This document shows positions 51,080 to 60,998 of a stretch of 64,000 nt of DNA, piece by piece. Numbering within the stretch: the stretch's first letter is position 1; each line of letters opens with the position of its first letter. The position numbers were made by a program, and so were the translations under genes. The notes under the pieces were generated by a model. The model made no database searches and was not told the DNA's origin. It saw only the letters and a list, made by a program, of their open reading frames with translations. The stretch is from Clostridia bacterium. GTDB lineage: Bacteria; Bacillota; Clostridia; Oscillospirales; CAG-272. The stretch covers positions 2,143-66,142 of the forward strand of contig JAFUQP010000002.1 of NCBI GenBank assembly GCA_017472305.1. The letters are read 5' to 3'.

Positions 51080-52051
51080 ATGGAAAAAATCAAAGTGGCT
51101 GAAGAAAAAAGCATCTTCACTCACCCCCTCGTCCTCACTCTCTCAGCACTCTTATGCTGTGCGCTCTGGGGCAGCGCGACACCCTTTATAAAAATCGGCT
51201 ACGAGCTTATGATGCCCGAGAAAACCGTTCCCCAAACTATCCTCTTTGCGGGTATTCGCTTTACCCTCGCGGGAATTATCACGGTTCTTATCTATAGCAT
51301 AGCAAGGAAGAAGCTGCTCTATCCGAAGCCCGAAAATATTCCCTGCGTTCTCACCGTCAGCGCCTTCCAGACGGTAATTCAGTACATATTCTTCTATATA
51401 GGACTTGCCAACACCACAGGTGTCAAGGGCACTATCGCAAGCGGCTCGTCTGCCTTCTTCTGCGTGCTTATCGCGAGCCTCGTTTTCAGACAGGAGAAGC
51501 TGACGGCAAAGAAGATTATCGCCTGCATACTCGGCTTTGCGGGAATTATAGTTGTTAACCTCGACGGACTTGAGCTTACTATGAATTTCCTCGGCGACGG
51601 ATTTGTAATCTTCTCGACAATCTCCTACGCCTTCTCGTCTGTTCTTATGAAGCGCTTCTCGAAGCGCGAGGACCCGGTGGTTATAAGCGGATATCAGTTT
51701 ATCGTCGGCGGCTCGTTTATGATAATGCTGGGCTTAATTCTCGGCGGCAGAATTACGGTAGATAGCCCGAAGGCTCTCCTCGTTCTTCTCTATCTCTCGC
51801 TTCTCTCGGCGGTAGCCTATGCGCTCTGGGGAATGCTCCTTAAGTATAATCCCGTGTCGCGCGTGTCGATATTCAGCTTCACAACTCCGATATTCGGCAC
51901 ACTCCTCTCGCTCCTTATGCTCCCCGAGTCCACGGGAGTAAATCCTATCAATCTCGTAATCACCCTCCTTCTCGTGTCGGGCGGTATATTCCTTCTCAAC
52001 TACCAGAAGAAGGCGGCAGACAAAAGCAGCCTGCTTGAGGATAAAAAATAA
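51080..52051 (+). CDS. DMT-superfamily (EamA) transporter
   Basis: 10 TM segments with two EamA-like halves (CCALWGSATPFIK...). Confidence 0.85.
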   Translation: MEKIKVAEEKSIFTHPLVLTLSALLCCALWGSATPFIKIGYELMMPEKTVPQTILFAGIRFTLAGIITVLIYSIARKKLLYPKPENIPCVLTVSAFQTVIQYIFFYIGLANTTGVKGTIASGSSAFFCVLIASLVFRQEKLTAKKIIACILGFAGIIVVNLDGLELTMNFLGDGFVIFSTISYAFSSVLMKRFSKREDPVVISGYQFIVGGSFMIMLGLILGGRITVDSPKALLVLLYLSLLSAVAYALWGMLLKYNPVSRVSIFSFTTPIFGTLLSLLMLPESTGVNPINLVITLLLVSGGIFLLNYQKKAADKSSLLEDKK

Positions 52052-52086
52052 TCGAAGGAAAGCTTCTTGTTCACCCCTTAATTAAC

Positions 52087-52124
52087 AAAAAATCCGCTTT
52101 GTCGAAAGGCAAAGCGGATTTTTT
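52087..52124. terminator. Bidirectional terminator
   Basis: AAAAAATCCGCTTTG tcgaaagg CAAAGCGGATTTTTT. Confidence 0.85.
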
Positions 52125-52132
52125 AATATCTG

Positions 52133-53440
52133 TCAGTTAAGTATTTCGGTAACGGCAGCTCCCACCGCGTCGCGCAGCTCTACACCGAGAATTTTTGCAA
52201 AGGTCGGTGCGTGATTGAGGATATTTCCTTCCTCGAGCACAGCTCCGCGCTTAAATGACGGGCCCATTCCCATAAAAGGCGGCTGCGGTCCCTTCTCGGG
52301 CATATGTCCGTGGTTGCCGTGAGCCGTTCTGTAGTCACTGTTATCAAGCGGAAGCACCGCGGGACGGATTACCTCGCCGCCAAAGCCCGAATATCCGTCG
52401 GACTCCAGAACGAAGGAGAAGTCACCGTCAAGCCCATACCTCTCCTTTACCTCCTCGCGCGTGAACACACGCTCAATTCCGTAAATCTGCTCGCTTGCCA
52501 TCTCAGAGAGCACAGCGTACACAGACTCCCAAAGCTCCCTGTCATCGGGACGCGAGAGGTAGACGTGCCCCGTAAGTCCACCGCTTGCAATATAAGCGTC
52601 GTAATCCTTGATATTGCCCTCGCCGTCACATCTGATAAAGCCTTTCTCGGCAAGAAAAACGTTGGGGCAAATCTTTCTTACGGTGTCAATCTGTCCGTGG
52701 TCGCTGAGCACGACGAAATCGGTGGTATCGAGAATTCCGGCATCCTCTACGGCAGAAAGAAGCTCGCCAAGCCACCTGTCGGTTTCCTCAATCGCGGTCT
52801 TGACCTTTCCGCCAAAGACACCCGTTCTGTGCCTTGCGCTATCGACGTATCCGGGGTGAACCAGCACGAGGTTCGGCTGATAGCGTCTGATTATTTCCGC
52901 GGCGCAGTATACCTGAAACTCGTCAAAGGCGGGGTGAGCATCGAGGTATCCGTAACGGCGCACCGCTTCCTCGATAATATCCATAATGCACTCGGTTGCG
53001 CCATACTCGCGGTATACCGACAGGACGTCGTCCTCTCTGCCCTCAAGATATATATTGAGAATACCGGGAACGAGGTAGTCTACGGCTTCGCCGCCCTTCG
53101 CGGTGAGCGGCCAGGTCGAGGCTGCAGTCGTAAGACCCGCCCTCTTTGCCGCGTGAAGAATAGTATCGCAATTGATTTCGTCAAGGAAATTGTACCAGGG
53201 CGCGGGGCTTTTCTCGGTGTGAAGCCTTTCGTTTCTGATAACCCCCGTAATCCCCGCGGGAGCACCCGTGATTATAGATGCGTGAACAGGGTGGGTAAGC
53301 GAGGGATATATTGTCCTTACCCTCTTAATCATAGCGCCGTTATTTATTATACGTGAAAAATTCGGCAGCGTTGCCGCATATTCAAGGTCCTCGTATACGA
53401 GCGCATCAACACTCACGACGACAAGATGCTTGTTTTCCAT
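52133..53440 (-). CDS. Alkaline-phosphatase-superfamily protein (type I phosphodiesterase/nucleotide pyrophosphatase family)
   Basis: VVVSVDALVYEDL...YPSLTHPVHASIITG...LSDHG...GNHGH metal and nucleophile motifs. The start is taken at the second ATG after AAAGGAG. Confidence 0.75.
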   Translation of the reverse strand: MENKHLVVVSVDALVYEDLEYAATLPNFSRIINNGAMIKRVRTIYPSLTHPVHASIITGAPAGITGVIRNERLHTEKSPAPWYNFLDEINCDTILHAAKRAGLTTAASTWPLTAKGGEAVDYLVPGILNIYLEGREDDVLSVYREYGATECIMDIIEEAVRRYGYLDAHPAFDEFQVYCAAEIIRRYQPNLVLVHPGYVDSARHRTGVFGGKVKTAIEETDRWLGELLSAVEDAGILDTTDFVVLSDHGQIDTVRKICPNVFLAEKGFIRCDGEGNIKDYDAYIASGGLTGHVYLSRPDDRELWESVYAVLSEMASEQIYGIERVFTREEVKERYGLDGDFSFVLESDGYSGFGGEVIRPAVLPLDNSDYRTAHGNHGHMPEKGPQPPFMGMGPSFKRGAVLEEGNILNHAPTFAKILGVELRDAVGAAVTEILN

Positions 53441-53669
53441 CATTTCTCCTTTTCTTCGGTTCAATCTCCGAGCTGCCGAAATATCGGCTATCGGGCAGTA
53501 GTTCTATCTACAATAATTCTACCACCTATTTGAGCCTTTTTCAATACCTTTTTTGCCAAAATACAGGACAAAGTTGCTGGGCTCGGTCAATAATCCTGCA
53601 CCTCTGCCCACGCCGTGTTGCATTATCTTATCAAAAATCAGAGAAATCGTGGAAATTTTTAAAAACCCC

Positions 53670-53698
53670 TTGACAAAACCCGAAAACGGTAGTATAAT
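53670..53698 (+). promoter_or_regulatory. Consensus promoter of the trpB leader
   Basis: TTGACA, 17 nt, TATAAT. Confidence 0.65.
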
Positions 53699-53699
53699 T

Positions 53700-53951
53700 T
53701 TCGCATAACCGTAGAGAAAGAATAGTAGCAACAGCAATTCATTGCAGAGAGCCGCCGTCGGTGAGAGTGCGGTATGATAGCTTTTGTGAATGGACTTTCG
53801 AGGGCGGACCGAAAGGCGACGAGTAGGCTCCGACGGCAGGCACCGTTATCCGCACAACGTATTCTGTACGTGAGGAAGCATAGCTTCGAATCGGGTGGCA
53901 CCGCGGAATATTTTCCGCCCCGAGCATTTTGTTATTGCTCGGGGCTTTTTG
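53700..53951 (+). promoter_or_regulatory. T-box riboswitch leader with a Trp (UGG) specifier
   Basis: An AGAGA box, a specifier context GAA-UGG-A (53791-93), the T-box sequence AATCGGGTGGCACCGCGG (53889-906), and the terminator GCCCCGAGCA...TGCTCGGGGC TTTTT (53917-50). Confidence 0.8.
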
Positions 53952-53976
53952 TTTGCCCGAGCCAAGGAGGAGAAAA

Positions 53977-55197
53977 ATGAAATTTTCAAACGTTGATTTT
54001 GACACCTATTTTGCAAACTATCCCGACAAGAACGGCTACTTTGGCAAGTACGGCGGCGTGTACGTTGACGACAAGCTCAAGGCGGCTATGGCAGAGATTA
54101 CCGAGGCTTACTACTCTATCTGCCAGTCAAGAAAGTTTATTGCGGAGCTCCGCAGAATAAGAAAGGAGTTCCAGGGCAGACCTACCCCCGTCACCCACCT
54201 CGAGAGACTCTCCGACGCACTCGGCGGCAGAGTTCAGCTCTACGCAAAGCGCGAGGACCTCAACCACTCGGGCGCGCACAAGCTCAATCACTGTATGGGC
54301 GAGGCGCTCCTTGCAAAGTATATGGGCAAGAAGAAGGTTATCGCCGAGACCGGCGCAGGTCAGCACGGCGTTGCGCTTGCGACCGCTGCGGCATACTTCG
54401 GACTTAAGTGCGATATCTATATGGGCTCTGTTGATATTAAGAAGCAGGCTCCGAACGTTGCCAGAATGAAAATTCTCGGCGCAAACGTCATAGAGGTTAC
54501 CCACGGACTCAAAACCCTCAAGGAAGCGGTTGACGCGGCATTCGACGCATACTCAAAGGAATATAAGGACTCTATCTACTGCATAGGCTCGGTTCTCGGC
54601 CCTCACCCATTTCCTATGATGGTGCGTGACTTCCAGAGTGTTGTCGGCATTGAGGCAAGAGAGCAGTTTATAGATATGACGGGACACCTTCCCTCGGCTA
54701 TCGTTGCCTGCGTTGGCGGCGGCTCGAACGCGGCGGGTCTTTTCGCAGGCTTCTTAAACGACCCAGTTGACATCTACGGAATTGAGCCCCTCGGCAGAGG
54801 ACCGAAGCTTGGCGACCACGCGGCAAGCCTTAAGTACGGCACAGAGGGCATTATGCACGGCTTCAACAGCATTATGCTTAAGGACGAGAACGGCGAGCCC
54901 GCGCCCGTCTACTCGGTTGCCAGCGGTCTTGACTACCCCTCGTCGGGTCCCGAGCACGCATTCCTTCAGGAGATTGGCAGAGTTAAGTACGACGTAATCG
55001 ACGACGAGGAAACCATTGACGCCTTCTTCCGTCTTGCAAGGCTTGAGGGTATTATCCCCGCTATCGAGTCCTCGCACGCGGTTGCCTACGGTATGAAGCT
55101 CGCAAAGACTATGGAGCACGGCTCTGTGCTTATCAACCTTTCGGGCAGAGGCGACAAGGATATGGACTATGTGCTTGAGCATTACGGAATGAGATAA
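53977..55197 (+). CDS. trpB: Tryptophan synthase beta chain (stand-alone)
   Basis: GKYGGVYV..., HSGAHKLNH (PLP Lys), [18 protein letters not shown] motifs. ATG 53977 follows AAGGAGG. Confidence 0.85.
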   Translation: MKFSNVDFDTYFANYPDKNGYFGKYGGVYVDDKLKAAMAEITEAYYSICQSRKFIAELRRIRKEFQGRPTPVTHLERLSDALGGRVQLYAKREDLNHSGAHKLNHCMGEALLAKYMGKKKVIAETGAGQHGVALATAAAYFGLKCDIYMGSVDIKKQAPNVARMKILGANVIEVTHGLKTLKEAVDAAFDAYSKEYKDSIYCIGSVLGPHPFPMMVRDFQSVVGIEAREQFIDMTGHLPSAIVACVGGGSNAAGLFAGFLNDPVDIYGIEPLGRGPKLGDHAASLKYGTEGIMHGFNSIMLKDENGEPAPVYSVASGLDYPSSGPEHAFLQEIGRVKYDVIDDEETIDAFFRLARLEGIIPAIESSHAVAYGMKLAKTMEHGSVLINLSGRGDKDMDYVLEHYGMR

Positions 55198-55212
55198 TCT
55201 CTCGGCTGTCGC

Positions 55213-55328
55213 ATTCAGGCATAAACGAGTGGATATTTCTGCTCGGGCTCCGTTCGCCGAGGCTTTCGTATTCAGGCATAAACGAATAAAAAAGGTGGAG
55301 ATACTGTAAAACGGCATCTCCACTTTTT
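55213..55328 (+). repeat. Intergenic module: two ATTCAGGCATAAACGA boxes plus the terminator hairpin GTGGAGAT/ATCTCCAC
   Basis: The boxes are at 55213-28 and 55270-85. The hairpin is at 55295-55323, followed by TTTTT. An inverted copy of the module is at 59005-59059. Confidence 0.7.
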
Positions 55329-55353
55329 CGTTTTGCTCGGATTTAAGATTTAC

Positions 55354-55914
55354 TTATAGGAACAGCGGGCGAAGCTGCCTTCCCTCTCTTGCGGCGGCGA
55401 GCGCCTCGGGAATTCTCTCGAGCTCTGCGACGAGTGAGTGCGGCTTCGCCGCTATATCGTCCTGAAGAAGCGGTACGAAGTAGACCGAGCGGCGCGTCAG
55501 GAGCCTTGAAATGTTTCCGAGATTTTGCGACATTGCGTCGTTTGACGAGAGGGCTATAATAAGCCGCCTATCCTGCCGCAGATGCGCCTTTGCCGCCATT
55601 GTCACCGAGGTGTCGGTTATTCCCGAGGCGAGCTTTGCCAGGGTGTTGCCCGTGCAGGGCGCGATAATCAGCGCCTCCAGCGGAGCTTTAGGGCCAAGCG
55701 GCTCGGCATCTCTTACGGTGTGTATAACCTTCCTGCCGCAAATCTCCTCAATCCTTGATACAAAGTCAGCCGCCGTCCCAAATCGCGTGTCGGTGGTATA
55801 TGCCGTCTCGCTCATAATCGGAAGGACCTCCTCGCCCGAGCTGACCAGCCCCGAAAGCACAGAAATTGAGCGAGAGAAGGTGCAAAACGAGCCTGTGAAG
55901 GCGTAGCCTATCAT
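55354..55914 (-). CDS. dpaB: Dipicolinate synthase subunit B (SpoVFB, flavoprotein-like)
   Basis: IGYAFTGSFCTF...IAPCTGNTLAKLASGITD... pattern. The ATG overlaps the dpaA stop (ATGA). Confidence 0.8.
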   Translation of the reverse strand: MIGYAFTGSFCTFSRSISVLSGLVSSGEEVLPIMSETAYTTDTRFGTAADFVSRIEEICGRKVIHTVRDAEPLGPKAPLEALIIAPCTGNTLAKLASGITDTSVTMAAKAHLRQDRRLIIALSSNDAMSQNLGNISRLLTRRSVYFVPLLQDDIAAKPHSLVAELERIPEALAAAREGRQLRPLFL

Positions 55915-56675
55915 AATTCCGCACCCCCACTGCTGCCGAGATGCTCCTCGCATATTCTTTTGTACATCAGCCGCCCTGCCGATATAGGATATCTCCTCTC
56001 GGGAATTGCGGGAAGCCTTATTACCCGCCTGTCGCCGCCGAAGTTCTCGCCCGAGGCAAGCTCTATTATTCTGTAGTCCTCGGGAAGAGATGACAGCTCC
56101 TCTACCGAAATCTGCTCGCTCGGCGCGGTGTTGATAAGAAGGGAAAGCTCCGAGAGGTCCTTTTCCTCGCTGACGAGTCGGCTCTCAACCCCCATCTCGC
56201 ACAGCCCGAGCCGTACCGACTCGCGGGTGGTGTAAACCCTCACGCGAGCGCCGAGGAACAGCAAAAGGCGCAAGAGCGCCCTGCCGATTCTTCCGTAGCC
56301 GACAAGGCCGATATAAAGCTCCTCGGGCGCAGAGTCGCACTCGGTAAGGATATATCCGAGCGCCCCGAGGGCGGTGAGCTCTGCATTTCCGAGGAGAAAT
56401 TTCTCGTCGCGCCCGAGGTCAAAGAGTGTAGCCCCCCTCGCCGAAAGCTCGCGGCCAAGAGAGAGGGGAATATTGTATCCGACGGCAAGGGTACCGCTGT
56501 CTGAAAGCGACAAAAGCTCTTCAAGAGATACCCCCGTGCCGCCAATGTATCCGTCACGAAAAGTCGTCGGAATGGGCAGAAGAATAATTCTCGGGTAACG
56601 GCTGTTCCCAAAGCCCGAGAGCAGCTCGGCGCAAACCGAGAGCCGCCGCCCATTCCCTATAGTGCGTATTTCCAT
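55911..56675 (-). CDS. dpaA: Dipicolinate synthase subunit A (SpoVFA, dehydrogenase-like)
   Basis: The Rossmann motif LVGYGRIGRALLRLL and the position upstream of dpaB. The start is taken at ATG 56675. Confidence 0.7.
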   Translation of the reverse strand: MEIRTIGNGRRLSVCAELLSGFGNSRYPRIILLPIPTTFRDGYIGGTGVSLEELLSLSDSGTLAVGYNIPLSLGRELSARGATLFDLGRDEKFLLGNAELTALGALGYILTECDSAPEELYIGLVGYGRIGRALLRLLLFLGARVRVYTTRESVRLGLCEMGVESRLVSEEKDLSELSLLINTAPSEQISVEELSSLPEDYRIIELASGENFGGDRRVIRLPAIPERRYPISAGRLMYKRICEEHLGSSGGAEL

Positions 56676-56917
56676 AGTATACCCGTAGTTGTTTTTAGTA
56701 AGACCTTGCAAGAGTGGCAAGCACCGAAATCGGACTCGAAGCTTGCTTTTTCCTCTCTTGCATAGCCAATTCCAACCCGAATTGGCTGACCGTGGGAATC
56801 TCTGATTTGTCCTTCACGGCTATTAATTATTTTATGATTTATAATAATTACTGTTCCGCTTTCGACAAAGTACGGGATACTGCCCGTTCTCTCGCGCAAA
56901 GGGCAGAGCTTAAAGAA

Positions 56918-57085
56918 TTATTTATCGTTTTTCATACCGAGCATCTTTTTCATAGCGTCGGCTTTTTCGGTAACGAATTTCTTCATTTTGCCCACCGCGT
57001 TAATAACGCCTGCCGCCGCAACGGTGAATACCGCAAGAGCAGCGTAAGGATGTCGCTTCTTTCGGGCTTTTTTGTTCATTTCCAT
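56918..57085 (-). CDS. Small single-pass membrane protein, 55 aa
   Basis: My own translation gives MEMNKKARKKRHPYAALAVFTVAAAGVINAVGKMKKFVTEKADAMKKMLGMKNDK. The RBS is AAAGGAG. It is below the ORF-track cutoff. Confidence 0.55.
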   Translation of the reverse strand: MEMNKKARKKRHPYAALAVFTVAAAGVINAVGKMKKFVTEKADAMKKMLGMKNDK

Positions 57086-57230
57086 CTTTTTTCTCCTTTA
57101 TATGGGATTGTTCGTATTTTCCCCAAACTCGGAAAAATTATTAACGCAATTGACAAAGAGATATAAATGTAGTAAAATGTATGTATTATAAGGCAAGTCC
57201 ACACCTACAAATACACCGCGAGGTTTTTTT

Positions 57231-58970
57231 ATGTATACCTGTAAAAAATGCGGTGCGACGCTCAAAAATCCGTCGCTCCCCTGCCCGTCCTGCGGCTCTA
57301 TGCTCTCCTTCTCGCTTGCCGAGTGTGAGGAGCTTATGACCGAGGCGGCGCTTAATATGAAATTAAAAAACTATTCCGAGGCTACAGAAATATACGCGCT
57401 TCTAGCAAGCTTTGGCTATACCGAGGCGGAGAGAACGCTCGCAATGCTTCTCGAGGAGGGCAGGCTTATGCCCGAGGACCCCGCAACCGCCCTCGAGTAC
57501 TATCTCGCCTCTGCCTCGAAGGCAGATGCCTATTCGGCGTACAGATACGCCTGCCTTTCGGCACATACCGACGGCAGAGTAGGAACACACGATTTCTGGA
57601 TTTTGGTATCGGCAATTCTCGGTGAGAGAAGAGCCTTTCCCGAGGCGGCGAAGGTCTTTGCGCTTCGCGGCGACAAGGATAGCGCACACTATTATCGCGC
57701 TCTGGCGGCAGATGCAGGCGACTTTTCCTCTGCGCTATATCTCGCAAAGGAGAATTTCAAGGAAGGTCGCGCCCCCTTTGCGAAGTGGTACTCGAAGAAA
57801 TTCTTCCGCACACTCTTTTTTGCCCCCCGCCTCTGGTTCTCGCTCGTGAAGGTGAAGGCGGAAATACCGCCCGAGCCGGTTCTTGACAGAAGAAACGAAA
57901 TCCTATGCTCGCTCATATACGAGGCAAAGGAATGGGGGCTTGACCTATTGCGCTTCAAGCTTGCAGAGCTTCTTTCAGCAGAGCGAACGAAGGACGGCTT
58001 GTATACCCTCGCTATGCTCTATGCCGAGGGCGTGGGAGTCAAGAAAAATGCCGAGCGCGCAATTACGCTTCTCGACGAGGCGGTGGGACTTGGCTCTGCG
58101 GACGCCGCGCGCTCGCTTGCTACAATTCTCCTGCGCGGAGAGCTTCTCCCGCCCGAGCCTGCACTGGCGATAGCATACCTTGAGCGCGCGGCGGCGCTCG
58201 GCAGCCCCGAGGCATACGAGAGGCTCGGAGATATTTATTCAGAGGGCAGGCTTGCTAAAATGGATATTTCGGCAGCTCTCGAATATTACCGCAAGGCAGC
58301 AACCCTCGGCGGCGGCTCTGCACAGGCAAAGCTTGACGCGCTCTCCTACGAGCGTGAGGGCTACTACGCGAGAGCAATCCGCGAGGAGCTGAAAAATCCC
58401 GAGGCGGCGTTCGAATCCTGCCAGCTCTCGGCAGCAATGGGCTATATTCCCGCCTATTCAACACTCGGCAGCTACTACGAAAACGGCATAGGCACGAAAA
58501 GGTCGCGCAGAGAGGCATACAGATGCTATCTTCTCGGAGCAGAGGCAGGGGACGAGGCGGCAACCTACAATCTTGGCAGAGCCTACGCGCACGGAATAGG
58601 CACGGCACGCTCGACAAGCCTCGCGATAAAGCATCTCACCCTTGCAAGCCGAATGGGAGTCAAGGCGGCGGAGGGCGAGCTTGTCGCGCTCTACGAGAGG
58701 AAGAAAAGGAAAATGCTCCGCTCGCTGTTCGCGGCGGCACAGGAGCTATACTATATGCACAAATACGAGCCCGCAAGGAAAATGCTCGAGGTTTCAGCGC
58801 AGCTTGGAAATCCGAAGGCAAGCTACCTTCTTGGAGCGCTTGCGGAATTCGGACTTGGAGAGGTCTACGACAGAGCCCGCGCGGCAAGGCTCTATAACGA
58901 AGCGTACGATGGCGGCTTTATCGACTCGTCACACGAGTACAAAAAGCTGCTTCTCAAAATGTCGCGCTAG
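57231..58970 (+). CDS. Sel1/TPR-repeat protein with an N-terminal zinc-ribbon
   Basis: CKKCG...CPSCG, then multiple Sel1-like repeats (LAMLYAEGVGVKKNAERAI, LGSYYENGIGTKRSRREA, LGRAYAHGIGTARSTSLA). Confidence 0.8.
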   Translation: MYTCKKCGATLKNPSLPCPSCGSMLSFSLAECEELMTEAALNMKLKNYSEATEIYALLASFGYTEAERTLAMLLEEGRLMPEDPATALEYYLASASKADAYSAYRYACLSAHTDGRVGTHDFWILVSAILGERRAFPEAAKVFALRGDKDSAHYYRALAADAGDFSSALYLAKENFKEGRAPFAKWYSKKFFRTLFFAPRLWFSLVKVKAEIPPEPVLDRRNEILCSLIYEAKEWGLDLLRFKLAELLSAERTKDGLYTLAMLYAEGVGVKKNAERAITLLDEAVGLGSADAARSLATILLRGELLPPEPALAIAYLERAAALGSPEAYERLGDIYSEGRLAKMDISAALEYYRKAATLGGGSAQAKLDALSYEREGYYARAIREELKNPEAAFESCQLSAAMGYIPAYSTLGSYYENGIGTKRSRREAYRCYLLGAEAGDEAATYNLGRAYAHGIGTARSTSLAIKHLTLASRMGVKAAEGELVALYERKKRKMLRSLFAAAQELYYMHKYEPARKMLEVSAQLGNPKASYLLGALAEFGLGEVYDRARAARLYNEAYDGGFIDSSHEYKKLLLKMSR

Positions 58971-59004
58971 AAAAGAGAATTCATTAATTTGAGCAAAATG
59001 AAAA

Positions 59005-59059
59005 GTGGAGATGCCAATTACAGTATCTCCACTTTTTTCGTTTATGCCTAGGGCATAAA
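59005..59059 (-). repeat. Inverted copy of the 55.3-kb terminator module
   Basis: GTGGAGAT gccaattacagt ATCTCCAC TTTTTT CGTTTATGCC tag GGCATAAA. The loop and flank are the reverse complement of the copy at 55270-55323. Confidence 0.7.
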
Positions 59060-59071
59060 TTTATTCTTCGG

Positions 59072-60970
59072 TTATTTGGTTTGCGGATATGCGCGCCTTG
59101 TGTTAAGGTCGCTTACAGTCGCGTAGGATAGGAGTGTCGGGAGCACGTGCTCGTAATAGGTGGTTTCCTTGAAGTACTCCTCGTCGTAGAAGTCGAAGAG
59201 CTCCTCCTTACGTGCCTCGAGGAATGCGTCATAGTCGGTGAGGTGGTCGTCATAGTCCTCGTCGGACTCGAGCTGCGCCTCAATGTACTGTCTGACGTAC
59301 TCGTCGATATACTCCTGCTTTATCGCGGCAAGCTCGGCTGCAAACTGCTCCTCGGTGGGGGTAAGCCCCTCAACCTTCATTACGTAGTAGAGGATAAGCC
59401 TCTCCTTTACGAGGTTCTCGGACATCTCATAGAGAACGTCCTCCCACTTCTCCTTGTCGGAGAGCGAAAGATAGCTCTTTGCGTAATCGTCGATATCCTC
59501 GTAGAGCAGCTCGCCGTAATCGTCAAGCTCGTCCTTGTTCGCGTTGTAGTTTGCACGAAGGTCCTCTACGTACTGCTCGTAGATTTCGTCAACCTTGCTC
59601 TCGGGGTATCTTGTCACCTTCGCGCTGTTAAGGAACACAGTCCACATCGCGTCCTCAATCATAGAGTCGCGTGCCTCCTCGTAGTAATCCCAGAGGGTAT
59701 CCTCTACGTAACAGAGGTATTTGTAAACCAAACTTTGCTTTTGGTCTTTAAACGCGTTGTAATACTCGGAATTCGTGTCGCGGAACTCGTACTCTCCATA
59801 CTTCTCAAGGTCCTCGGCGGTAACGTCGGAGTCCTCATCTTCAAGAAGCTCGTTGATAAACGCGTCGGAAAGTGTGGGGGTTGTTGCCTCGCTTACACCG
59901 TCGATATAAATTTCAAAGTATACGGTTTCGTTACGGAGATATGCGCTAGGAAGTCCCGTAGTTCCGTAATCGTAAGGATAATAAGCTTCAACCGTGAGTA
60001 TCTCGGTGCCGCCGTTCGTTTCGGTGCTTTCGCAAAGGGTGACCAGCTGCACCTGAAGGTCGGTGTACTTAAGCTTCTTACCCTCAAGCTCACACTCAAA
60101 GGTGTAGCCACTCTCGCCCGACTTACGGGTGCAGAGGAAATCGTAGAAGCCCTCGCCGTACTCCCCGTCAACCTTCTCCTTGCCGTCGGTCATAGCAACG
60201 CGCTCGCTCTTATGGGTGTAAGCCGTGCCGCCGTCGGTCGATTTTTTATAGCTTAAATATACAACGTGCTTGTCGGTAACCGCCGCACCCGATGTGTTGC
60301 CGTCGAACCTTGCGTACTGCGTCTGGTCCTTACCGATAAGACCTATATCAAGTCCTATCATCATCTGGGTGTGATTTCCGATAGCCATCTTCGTTGGATC
60401 AAGGTTTGTAAAGTCGTTGAGGCCCGAGAGGTATACCTTCTCGCCGTCCTTGTCAAAGAGATAAGCCTGATAGCGGTAATAAACCGTGTCGCCTATCTCT
60501 ACGGGAACGTTCTTTGACTTTGCCGCGTCGTCAACGAGCTCGCTCTTCGAGCAAAGGAGATTGGTAATCTTCACGTCAACGTCGCTCACACCGCTTATCT
60601 TGCCGTCCTCGCCCTTCTTCTTTCTGTGGGGCTCGGCAATATCAATTTCAACCTTATAGTTCTTGTAGGTGTCGGCGCTGAACTCAATATATCCCGACAG
60701 GTCTGCCGAGAGGTAATCGAAGTTCGGGTCCTTCTTATATTGGTTTACAAGCACAACTATAAGAACGACTATTCCGACAATAAGAACAATTCCGCCCGTA
60801 ATGATAGCCGCCCAAGCCGTCGGAGAGAGCTTTGTACGCGGAGCCTTTGTCGCTTCCTGTCCGTCCTTTGCGGCAAGCTTCACCTCGAAGGGAAGCTCTT
60901 CCTGATTGTAGCCCATCTTACGGAGCTTTTTTTCTTCTTTTTTTCTGTTAAGCCTTTGTCTGTCAGACAT
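59072..60970 (-). CDS. Membrane-anchored, very acidic protein with trigger-factor/FKBP-like motifs; function unknown
   Basis: A basic N-terminal tail, the TM segment WAAIITGGIVLIVGIVVLIVVLV, then EIGDTVYYRY...IGLDIGLIGKD and a D/E/Y-rich helical C-terminal half. The start is taken at MSDRQ (60970). Confidence 0.75.
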   Translation of the reverse strand: MSDRQRLNRKKEEKKLRKMGYNQEELPFEVKLAAKDGQEATKAPRTKLSPTAWAAIITGGIVLIVGIVVLIVVLVNQYKKDPNFDYLSADLSGYIEFSADTYKNYKVEIDIAEPHRKKKGEDGKISGVSDVDVKITNLLCSKSELVDDAAKSKNVPVEIGDTVYYRYQAYLFDKDGEKVYLSGLNDFTNLDPTKMAIGNHTQMMIGLDIGLIGKDQTQYARFDGNTSGAAVTDKHVVYLSYKKSTDGGTAYTHKSERVAMTDGKEKVDGEYGEGFYDFLCTRKSGESGYTFECELEGKKLKYTDLQVQLVTLCESTETNGGTEILTVEAYYPYDYGTTGLPSAYLRNETVYFEIYIDGVSEATTPTLSDAFINELLEDEDSDVTAEDLEKYGEYEFRDTNSEYYNAFKDQKQSLVYKYLCYVEDTLWDYYEEARDSMIEDAMWTVFLNSAKVTRYPESKVDEIYEQYVEDLRANYNANKDELDDYGELLYEDIDDYAKSYLSLSDKEKWEDVLYEMSENLVKERLILYYVMKVEGLTPTEEQFAAELAAIKQEYIDEYVRQYIEAQLESDEDYDDHLTDYDAFLEARKEELFDFYDEEYFKETTYYEHVLPTLLSYATVSDLNTRRAYPQTK

Positions 60971-60998
60971 TTTTCTTACCTTTATTATATTAGTAATT

